A DNA stretch of 64,000 bases from Tubulanus polymorphus (Eukaryota > Animalia > Nemertea). Made by a program: the position numbers and the translations under genes. The stretch lies in contig NC_134030.1 of NCBI RefSeq assembly GCF_964204645.1, positions 21,784,210-21,848,209 on the forward strand, read 5' to 3'. The notes under the pieces are model-generated. The model made no database searches and was not told the DNA's origin. It was given only the letters and a program-made list of their open reading frames with translations. Positions 11,101 through 23,100 of the stretch are shown in pieces. How positions within the stretch are numbered: the stretch's first letter is position 1; each line of letters starts with the position of its first letter.

Positions 11101-14100
11101 GTTGATATGTATTGTTGCAAAAACAAATAAACTATATTACAATATAATTATGTCGGGAGTTACACCGTTACATTTCCGTCGATTCAAATTTCGACGCCCT
11201 TGATAAACACACATTCCTCGGAGCGCAAGTAATATTTTACCATGTTTTATGGACGGACGTTTTCTCGATTTTGCACCGATCAGTGAAATTGAAGTGGATA
11301 AACATGATATCATCCAAAAATATATTTGCATCTTTATCTTTTAGATTTTCCCGATGAAATTGAAACACCAGATACTTTCACCGGAGAACCTGACATTAGA
11401 AATGAAGGAGATGTTGTAGAATATACTTGTAGAACAGTGATAGGAAGGCCCGATCCTACAGTGATATACCAACAGAAGAGAAGAGATTCTGAACGATGGC
11501 AGCCAATTCCTGATCCACAACCTCGTAAAGTACCTCTCAAAATGGGTTTAAAAGGTTTTGATACGACGTACAAGTTCAAAGCTGATTTCAAACTGCACAA
11601 TGGAACGTCATTTCGATGTGCTGTAAAGGAGAACCTTACGTTTCCAGAACCTCGACAATTTAATCCAATCATTGTTCATTGTAAGTAACAGTTTCTTTCT
11701 CGAATTCGAGAAATAAGTAATTTTCCCTGCAACAATACAGACCCCAGTGATAGTACAGACCTATCCACACATATAGTATGACACAATGTAACCATGCTAA
11801 GGAGGAACATGGCAGAATCTCATGATGTCATCAGGTTCAAATCCCTGCCGAGGGAGGAACGTGGCAGAATCTCATGATGTCATCAGGTTCAAATCCCTGC
11901 TAGGGAGGAACGTGGCAGAGTCTCACGATGTAATCAGGTTCGAATTCCTGCTGAGGGAGGATGTGTCTACTATGTGTCTACTGTGTTTGTACTGTGACAG
12001 AGTCTCACGATGTCATCAGGTTCGAATCCCTGCCGAGGATGATGGGTCTACTATGACAGGGCTTAAGAACTGTGCTAGGTTAGATACTAATGTTTCTTTG
12101 TTTTTCAATCAGATTTTGCTGCACCAGTTTACAAGAAATCCAGTGAAAATGAAACAAATGCAGCGTATATTGTAACAGTTAATAGTTACCCATTGACTCA
12201 ACAAGTTACATGTGACCCTCCAGCTGTCGTTCAAAAACTATCAAACTCTCAGTGGAATATAACGATACCTATCGTAAACAGTACCACAACTGACTATAGA
12301 GGGCGGTGTTTGGTTGATGGTATTAATGAAAGGGTTATTGATGTCGCTGGTTATCATCACGCCGGTCCAACTGATGAACCAGGTAAGATTCCGGGTCACG
12401 ACTGGATGAATTTTACATGAATTTGAAGATTCAAATGATTCAATTCCATGACATTATAAAACTCGAGGCCATCATCTCTTAACTCGAAATCATTTCTACA
12501 CAATCAAACAATTTACTTATGAAAGTCGTTATTTTCTAAATTGTCACAAAACCTATTAATATATTTCAAAGTCTCAATTTACTAAGTCATTTGTCATTAT
12601 TATTGGGTCTCATTTTACTAGGTGTAAGTCGTCATTCATTTAAAGCGTCACATACATACATATTACAAAAAAATAATTTTTGTATTTTACCTAAAGTGTA
12701 AATCATTTAGATTAGTCAGCACAGCGGAGGAGTCTCGTGACGTCATCAGATTTTAAATCCGTGCGCGATGACGTAATTCTCTGTGTCGTCAGAATTGAGC
12801 GTTTTCTATTATTATCTGTGAATTCATCACATTCAAATATTACACAATGATTTAGCATCTTTAACTTTCTATCTTGAGGCTGTTTGACCCAATCAAGGAA
12901 CGATTAATTTTCTCCCATTTTAAAAACAACTTATTTGCTTTATTCAGAGACTATTTGAGCTTTGAAATTAAGGAACAATTAATTTTTGTTTGACCTAGTT
13001 AATTATTCAATTAAATTGCTGTTACTTTTATCAATAGTTACAATGGAACTATTTCTAGCTTTATCTAATTCAATTCAATCGCATCACCGATTAGTTTGAA
13101 TTTCCGTTTCAGATGCAGGAAATGGAGGAATTGTGGCTGGTGTTGTAATCGGTATATTACTGATATTACTGATTCTAATAATACTGTTTATACTGTGGCG
13201 TCGTGGCTGCTGTAAGTTTTACATAAAACCATCAATAAATCTGAAAAACAATAATAAACAAACTGCAGAAATGAAATACTCTATTAGGGGTAGAAAACCT
13301 AATGATGAACTGGTGGAAATTGTTAGTTCTATAATATATCATATACAGAATGCTAGAAATCCAAAAGTAGTGAACACAGCTGGAAGAATTCAGGGGTCCC
13401 AAGGTGGCCAGATACAGTTCATTCTCAATTATCTGTTCAAATTTCATTCATGCAATTGAATTCAAGAATGTTTGGAACTTAGAAGAACAGAATGTTATCA
13501 TTTCTGGGATTCAGCACGGGTTGGGTCGTAGTTTCAGATGGCAGCAAACATGAAATGTGCTACGACCAAACATTCACCGATTCCATAACAATCATTTTGA
13601 TAGAAACCGCCGGCATAGGTTTTCTTAGCCTCCAGGAGAAGCTACTAAGTAACATCGTTCTCTTCACAAATAACGGTGTTTGAAAAAGTATCCATTTTAT
13701 AATGTTTAGCATCATTCAACTTTCAATCAATTTTCTAGACACAATACGCGCATTATTCAAACCAGAATTTAGATGCACGAGACGCATTAAAAATCTAAAG
13801 CCAGAATATGCATAATGTTTATTTATTTTCGTCTGACATCGATCACTTTCAGATCTGAATCAGTGCGGTCTAAATAAAATATCGTTTTTATATCTATTGT
13901 AAAATGCAGCATTAATTGAATTATCTAATGGCGAATGAATTACTCGTAGATGCACAGTCTTCGGTACAGGCTCGATACAAGTCTCTGCGGGGTCATCAAT
14001 CAACGTTGATAGGTTAAGATTTCTTGCCTACGTAGGTTCTGCATTTTCTCGTTGGGAAGTATCGTTAAGTTGTTGGGTGACGATAGTAATAAATTATCAC

Positions 14101-17100
14101 ATATGCCTACCGGGTATCGGTAATGAAAACTTGCGCCCGGTTCCTTGTCCCAGTTACCATTTATTGCCAACTAGAAGAAATTCCGTAAATCTCTGATTCC
14201 GAAAAATGACAGTACCGGTTTAAACTCGAAAAAGTTACGCAGTATCATTGGTTCAATTGTCTCATGGCATTAGTATCCATGACTATCTTTAGTGGGTGGC
14301 TCCATGAATATCCAAATCACACTGTTTCTTTATTGGGTTGATTTGTCAGGTGAATGTGCATCGTGTAAATAAACAGTATTTCTGTTTTCTAATTTACAGT
14401 ACCGTGTTTGGGTCCGAAATCTAAAGATGTGATTGAATTGTTGCGTTGGACAAGTGAAACCTGGTATGAAAAAGGTAAGATTCTCTCACATGATTTACTG
14501 CACATATTCTCAGATATCGGTTTGATAATTTTAGGTGTTGTTTTCTCTTTGTAGATCATGAGAATTGGGTGAAAACACGTGACCAACTGCAGCCGGGTAT
14601 TCATAGAATTATTAACCCTTTATTTCTATTACCTGTAGAATATCTTGCATGAATAGAGTTCATAGTTTTAGAAATCATCCACTAATCATCTGAAAGATAC
14701 ACAACTGATTTTGCTTCATTATCTAAACTGTAATTATCAATTTAAGTTTATGGTTAACAACGTAATTTCTTGAAGATTTCTTGAGAATTGTTTGATCAAT
14801 TGTGTTGATATTTCGTCTATATATGTTTTAACACACATCTGCAGTCTTTCTGGTGCATGCCTAGCGATCATTGTTCTTTAAAGAAATCAGCATTTCATGC
14901 ACATTTTCGAAGTCTATGGGAAATTTCAAAGATATTTGGCTCATTTTTATTGAGGTCTGAAGTGGACAAAACAACATGCTCCGTAAAAAGACATTGGCTT
15001 GATCGAAATCAAGATGACTAATTTTCGATTTTCGTTTTCAAAAATCAGTACTATTTGCACATCATATTTTGAGGTTTTCTAGAGAAATTTTAATAGATTC
15101 TTTAATCTATTTTTTTTAATGTTTGGTTTATACATGTATCTACCCTAGATGTATCAGCAGTTCTAAAAATGAATAGTTGGAATCAAGACTGGCGGCTATT
15201 GTTACTCGGCAGGGCGGTTAAAACGACCCTCTCCTTTTTTACCAGGTCTAGAGGCTTTAAAAGATGGTCGTTTCTCAATATTTGTTTATTATGGAAATCT
15301 TCTTTCTGACCAGAAACTAGTCCATATTCACTTACGTGGAAATCCTGGACTTCACTTGTAGCAAGTGAGGATCCACCAGGTGCAAGGAGGCAATTCCTTG
15401 CTATTTTTAGAGTCTGACCTTTTCGTGAGAAAGAAGAAAAAGCATGTGAAAATCCCTGATAATGTGTAGGCCTAAGCGTTGTTGTCGTCGTTAACCGGCG
15501 CTTTTTTCGGCAGTCCTCCAGTTCATGGTGTTTCATCGATAGTTCATTGATGTGTTTGGTTGAATGACTGGACTGGTTCCGGGTCAGGCGTATTGTCTGA
15601 TCGTGCCTAGAACGCGTCACCACGCATCTAATTTTAAAACGTTTTCCGCGGGAGGACGCCCACTAATTTAACCCCTCCCTCAAATCCTGGATCCGCCACG
15701 TAAGATGCGGCAATTGAGAATTCCCATTGAAAATCAACTATACACGAGAAACGTTTTTGGATGTCGTTTTTTCATGTTTATCTGTAGCTAATATTTGTGT
15801 TGTTTGTTTAACAGTTGAAACTGGAGACTTTGAGGTCATTGAAAGGTCATTAAGTCCAGGTATATATTTAATGGTTATTGTAATTTCATTTCAATAAAAC
15901 AATATAAACTCAGATAATTCAGTTATAAATCAACTACTTGTTCGTAACGTCGATGAATTCATTTAAACAATTAATTTATTGTCAATTTTTCTTTCTAGAA
16001 ATTGTTAGAATAATTGTCGATATTTATGGAACTAAGAATGATTGGGAGTTAACGAGGGATAAGGATAAACAAGGTAAGAGGAGTGATGACTCAGTTGCCA
16101 AGGTAAGAGCCAAACCGGCTGATTTGTTTGTTGCAACCCGGGGCCGGGCTTATAGACTGGTGTTAACTTTAAACCCGGGGGTTAATCTAATTAATTTTCA
16201 ATTGAGTTAACCCTCTGGTTAAAGATAATACCCGCCTATAAAACCGGGTCCTGCATACAATACTGTACCGGAATATAACACTTCCCCGGGCCTCCTATCT
16301 TCATCCAGCAGTAATTCAAACTGTTTGATGCTCAGTTTATTCAAATATTGAAAAAAATGCTTTCTATATTTCATTTCAGCAATAGCTATCAGAGAATTTC
16401 TGTTTGGACAGTTATCAAGTGATCAAAGTAAGTAATTGTTTACCTATAGTTTGTTTTAAGTTTATGTACGCATGGGATGTATGTAAACATGCGCATGTGA
16501 GTTATGTGAACATGCACATGTGAGTAATGTGTACATGTACATTTGATTGATACATAGTAAGTTGTGAGTTGGGTAAACATGTTCATGTAAGTTAACATGC
16601 ACATGTGATTAGTTTACGTGTTTTAAGTTAACACAAGTTTCATCAATGTTTATATTTTCAGGTATGTTAGATTTGGTGAAAGAAATTCTAAGTAAGTTTA
16701 CGAAACGACTCAATATTTCCTCTTCAACTCGAATCTTGGATTCAAATGTGTTTATAATTATCTATTGACAGGAAAATACGTGAGAATAAACGATTTAAAA
16801 ACGAAACTATCAAATGAGATCGGTAAGAGTTGATTGAATACAGTTATTGATGTATGAGTTTATTGATTATTATTCAACTGTCAACTCATTTTGTAAATGT
16901 ATTACAGATACATTACTGAACAAGAAGAGGTCAATAGATGGCGCTGATGCAGTTTACAATAGAGATGAAGGTACCGTTATTATTTACTGTTCAAATGAAA
17001 TATTCAGCTTCGCAGATAGAAATGTAACGAATTCTATTCAAGATGGCCGCATGGCAGCCTTTTGGCAATAATGAATAAACCTTATAAAAGCGACCAGTTT

Positions 17101-20100
17101 AAAATTTCATCTTAAAAATATCAGACTAGAGCTTCAGAAATACTCAAGTTACAACAAAATTATCAAATTTACAATTGTTATTTAAGAAATAAGATGTGAT
17201 ATAAACTAGGGGTAATGATACAGCATGAAACAGATTTTCAATTAAACTAATTTCAAATCTATTTTCTCCGTGTTTCAGATGAAGTTCATATTAGTTTTAT
17301 GACGCAATTGAATGAAGAGAAAAGACCCCTGACAAACAAAGAGAAACAGTTCATCAGACATGGTCAGTAACACTATGAATTCGGTCTGAGTTCAATTTTC
17401 ACATTTAGTTGACTACACAGGGTTACCACGAGTCTTAAGAGTGTTTAAAGAACTTACTGGCGAAAATGGCTTACTTTTTGGAAAAAGTAGTGATTTACTG
17501 TGTCGCTAGTGTTTAGGATTTATCTGTATTTATCGATTTGCAAAATAAAACGAGCGCCTGTGAATCACACTGAGCTTTTTTTCGTAGGTTTCAAATCCCC
17601 AGTAAATGGTTATAATGAATTTCTATATTTTCAGTTGCTTCAGCAGTTGAATTTATTGTTGATTTCTTTGCTAAAATGTCCGGTAGGTTCCATAAATCAT
17701 TTCAGTAAAAATACTGTGGAGTTTGTTGTGGAATCATTGAATAATTGGTTTATTTTTACTGTAGATGCTGAATTATGTGAACGAGGAATATTCAACATTA
17801 AACGTAGGTTTTAATTCTCATTTATCCTCAACTGAGCGTATAAATTCACGCGCGCTCTAATCTACTGTACTTGTACATGTGCTTTATAATCTACTGTACA
17901 TGTACAAGTCAGGTCTCTGAAGTTTATGTACGTTCTGTAAATACTTTTACCTTGTATTTCAGCTACTGTTGAAATTGCTGGTAAGTTATAATATTCACTA
18001 TGATGTTTAAACTGGTGCTGAGTCTGTTCATTTATAACTGAAATATCACTGTATCTTTTTATAGAAATGTTTGTAAAAGATACACTTAATAAAGAAGTTA
18101 AACAACAGAATGGTGAGTGTTCAGTTAATCTAGGAATCTATCAAGGGAGGAGGGCTTACGACTATAAACTGATTACAAATTAAACATATTTTCTCTAATT
18201 ACAGGAAACCTCGTCACACAAATAGAAAACCAGAAAGTAACTGATGAAACAAAGACAGGTTTGTTGTACATTAAACTAATAATCATAATTTATCCATAAT
18301 TTATTCAGATGTTGTCAATATTAAACTATTTACCGGTACGAAAAAAGTGTAGATACAAATTTATCCTGCAATAGTGAATAATAGAAACTGTCCTTATGGT
18401 TGATATTACAGAAATGGGAGTGGCCGACTGGGGCCGTTTTGTGAACAAAGATATTTGTGGTAAGACTGAAAATGTTATTCTTTCCCGTTTTTTCACGCTA
18501 ATTACAATCGTTTTGTTAATGAGAAATCTGAAGTACAATAAAACCAGCTAGACCCGGTGATGTGGAACAATTGGCAACGTTGTCAAAATTCATCCGCTTT
18601 CTGGGAAATTTAACGTGTTATAAAACCCGGTTAATCCAGATGTATTTGGATGAAATTCTAGTTAGAACTAATCTACCAGATCAGTTCAAACTAGAATTTC
18701 ATGAATTTCATGTATTGTAATTTCATTAGAATAACATGAATATTGACCAGACAAAGATATTTGAGCGAAAGTTTTATTCTTTTATTTTTTACGTTTATTA
18801 CAAATCGTTTCGTTAATGAGAAATCCGAGGTACAATAATAATATCACTACCTGGTAATGTGGAACAATTGGCAACGTTGTCAAAATTCATCCGCTTTGTG
18901 AAAAATTTAAGGTTTAATAATACCCGGTTAATCCAGATGTATTTGAGTGAAATTCTAGTTTGAACTGATCTGATCAATATTCATGTTATTTTATTCTATT
19001 CATTTGTAGAATCAGTTTTATTGGCGTCAAGTTTGCAGAAATTAGAAGAGAACAAACATTCTACAGAACTAGATAAAAGTAAGTGTAAACTTTCTTTGTC
19101 CCTAGAACTAAATTTACAGAGTATTTGATGACCATGAATTGAAGATGAAATTTATTGATGTCATCAGATTATCAGAGGCATCTGTTATGATTCAGAGCCA
19201 CGTTTTAAGTGGTTTTAAACTAAGAATGTTGCTAGGTGACAGTTTGTGTTGATGTGACTATTCTTAAGACCGAGTTCGAATCATAGCTTGAAGAAACCGT
19301 GTTTTGATTGTCATGCATACATCACATGGGGTGGCTCTGACAATATCCAAATCATATCATCATTAGAGGCTAGCTGAGGGTGATTTCTGTCCAAATCTTG
19401 CATTATGGGAAATGATTTTGTGATAAGTTTATTTCATTGTTCAACTGTTTTTCAGGTATCTATGAAATAAGCCGAGCTATCCACGTGATTTCTCTTAATT
19501 TTCTGATAAAAAAACTTGTTGGATTGAATTTTTATCAGATATTTGAAAAGAGGTTTAAAATAGCAGTGTTGATTTTAGCAGTAGTTGATGCTGTGTTGGA
19601 ATCATGAATTATATTCTTTTTTTCAGAAATTAAATTGAAAATCGCAGTTTTTGAATCTATCAAAGGTAAGAGGTTTATGTATAGATTGCATCAGAATCAG
19701 CAGGGTTTATTCCATCATTTTCCAAGATTCAACTTAAGCTCAATTTGTTTTCTGAGAACTCAATTTCAGTTCTGATGTCATTTTCCTGGTAATTTATCTT
19801 CACGAATCACTTCTAGAATTGTACGCTGAACGAGCTGAAAGATTTCAGAAAGAACTCAAAGAGAAACTGAAACAAGAGGAAAATGAAGAGAGAAAAAATG
19901 AGGAGGAATTGAACAGAATAATTCACAGTTCAGTTTGTCAGGCGTTTAAATATATCACTGATATGAATGAAAGTAAATATCGATTTTATATCTCAAATTA
20001 TACATGCACTTAACATGTCACATATTATGTGTGAATGAATGCTCATGTAACATGTTCATGTGAATGAATGCACATGTAACATGCTACATGTAACATGTGA

Positions 20101-23100
20101 ATGAATGCGCATGTAACATGTTCATGTAAATTAATGCACATGTTGCATGTTTAGTTCTCTGATATATTTCAGAAACTCTGATGGATAATAAAGTTGTAGG
20201 ATATGGAGGTTTGTAAATAGTTCAATCACAAACCAGTTTTCATCGTAAATAATCTGTTTGATTTTTCTCAATTTATATTTCAGTGAGTCCAGAAGAGATA
20301 AGTGAGTTCTGATTGATATTTGTTAATATTCTCAGTACAGTAGACTGCGCGCTTGCCGCTGATTTCATGTTGTAATTCGTCATATTTACCTGTTTATAAG
20401 TTGCAGTGATTTTCTATATTGATAGATTCTAAACTACGTGAATTAGCCGATAAAGAGTTTGAAGACAGGAAAGGTACCGTACACATTACAAAGTGTGATG
20501 ATGCTTGAATGGATTGTTTTGATATCGGTTACCCTAGATCCGGGTGTCGTACATAGAAAGCAAGCTAACCATTAGACCATGGGCGTATAAATTAGTCTAG
20601 TTTATACGCTCATGAGTAGACCAATAGAACTGTTTAGTGTTTATACAGCTTGTCCTATATGCGGAACGCTGTGACCTTTTTTGAGCCCAAAAAGTTCATT
20701 TTTGCCCTGAATTCCGAGACCTGTAGCTTCCGAATGGTTTGCCATTTTTCATTGAAATTCGTTATGGATATTTTTCGAAGGGCTCTTAAACATATCAGAT
20801 GGGCTGACGTTGAATAATGGAATTTAGTAATGTTTTAAATTTTATTGATGTTTATGATCAATGTTTATTACAGTCGGTATAAAGACACTTGTAGAGATAG
20901 TGCCTCTAATACTGAATATACCGCACCAAATCAGCACTGGTAAGTGACTACACTGAAACTGGATGTTTGAATTGAAATTCAATACAGTAAACTTTAAATT
21001 TGTCGAGAATCAGGAAAATCGGTTTATCACAAACTTAAGGAATCTTTATTTGAATTTAATTTAATTTGTAGACTTGTATTCAGCTGGACGAGATCCAGTT
21101 ATTCTGCCGGATCGAGCAGGTATTGTATAAGTCCGTAAAAAACTTAAGATAACCAGTTTAATTCCATTCCATAATCATGCCGTTATCAAACGCCAACATA
21201 TTTCAGGGAATAAATCCCGCAAATCTAAATTCAGTGGAAATACCATTCTTTATAATGCCTTGTACTTCATCGGTCCCAACTGTTGCATCATGAAGGACTT
21301 TCACTGTGAACAAAATTTGAGTTTTTTAAGAGCATTAGCCTGAAATATTCTGCAACTGATCTTTGTCCCTGAAAGGACGATTAATTCTTCTAAGTTCTTG
21401 TAACGAATCCTTAAACTGCTCGTTATTAAAACCAGAAATCGCTCTTCCGTCATATACCTAATTGTTTGGTTAAGGCCCTGAAAATGGGGTTCTAACCATG
21501 GTTTACTGGTATTTTTAATGTCAAAATGCAAACTTAAAGCAACAACGGTTTTATAATGAAACCACACTCAATGAATGCTGTGTCTATGTTTGCTGTTTTT
21601 ATGTGAATTTCAGTGGAATATTTCAAGGAAGAATTCATTAATGCAATACAATCTGATGAATCATTGACAACTGCTACTCAAACTGCTTTAGATAACGGTA
21701 AGTAACATCTACAGTAAACTACATTTGCATCTACAGTAAACTGCATTTACATCTACAATAAACTACATTTACATCTACAGTAAACTAAATTTACATCTAC
21801 AGTAAACTACATTTACATCTACAGTAAACTACATTTAATACATCTACAGTAAACTACATTTACATCTACAGTAAACTACATTTACATCTACAGTCAACAA
21901 TTAGATACGTTTATTCACTAAGATTGTCAATCATAGAAATTTGTTTGTGGTTTTTTAGAATCAAGTAAAATCAACGAATTCTTGAGGAAAGAAAAGTCGA
22001 ATGGTAAAATTGTTTGATAAAATGCGGATAATTTGTTTGTTTTCACGAACCGAAAAATAATTCAAACGTTTTTCTTCTATTTCTTAGTTAATAGAATTTA
22101 TGGTGAAGTGAAAAAGAGAATAGAATCAATATCTACAGGTTTGTATTTTAATGATTTTCTATCAATTCTTGCATTTAAATGTCGGATATATTTCCTCGTG
22201 TTGAGGTTTCTTTTCATAAAGCATGTTATAATATATCATATTTCTAATAAACATATCATATCATATCATATACCACTATCATATACAATGTCATCAAGTA
22301 CATATATAAAATACGTATATCACATATCATATCACGTCATACCAGACATCATTTATGCTTGTAAAATGTGATTTTGAAGGTGATGAGTTTTGTTTTACTT
22401 TTTATCACGGATTGATTCATTGCTGAATTTACGTTATATTTCTATTTGTGATTTCAGAGGAATTAAATGAACGAGGAATCGTAGTTTATAGAAGTGAGTA
22501 AAAGTCAATTTGTCTGATTTGAATTCTAATCTGTTCATCAATTCCATAGTTTTCCTGTTCCATAGTTACCCTGATCCCATAAACTCCTAACAAGAGACTC
22601 CCAACACTAGAATCATAACCCCCCAGTTATTTTTAATTCAGATCTAAATCAAATTAAGTAAGAATTTTATAGTAAAAGTGAACTGTATGAATTTAACTGT
22701 TTAGATCTAATTAATGTATATTTATTAGTTACTGTTGTTTTCTGTTTTTCAGTAAAAGATGAAACAGCGAGTAAGTACTGATAACAACTTCCATGTTAAA
22801 GTTTAGATAAATATATATATGTCATGTCCTGTTTTAAATAGTAGTGGTTCTTATTAAAATCCAGTGAAACCGTTTTACAGATGATGAAAATACTTCCTTC
22901 AAGACTAAAGGAAGGATTGTGAAAGAAGATCATGTTTCTCTGTCCCTGCAGTAATCTATTATGTGTATTATTTTTCAGTGAGTCACATCAAACCAATTAT
23001 TGCAAACAGAATCCTAGATTTTGAAGGTGAATACTGTTGACTGTTAGGTGTTCTTATTAACGAATTAAACCGGTACCGAGTGGTCGACTAGTACTGAGTT

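Larger units (their letters stand above)
14400..20208 (+). other. Gene B tail micro-exons, block 1: 14400-14474, 14555-14596, 15815-15859, 15999-16073, 16380-16427, 16662-16691, 16772-16822, 16908-16970, 17279-17362, 17765-17803, 17963-17980, 18065-18112, 18205-18258, 19010-19078, 19627-19665, 19817-19972, 20173-20208
   Basis: Each has a pyrimidine-rich AG acceptor and GT donor, length 3n, phase 1-1 and no stop; all are conserved in copy 2 (52580-58260). Confidence 0.85.

Noticed and set aside
15183-15623. 146-aa minus-strand ORF, similar ORF at 53330-53737
   Set aside because: Non-ATG start, no recognisable domain, frameshifted between copies; the similarity reflects the recent duplication.
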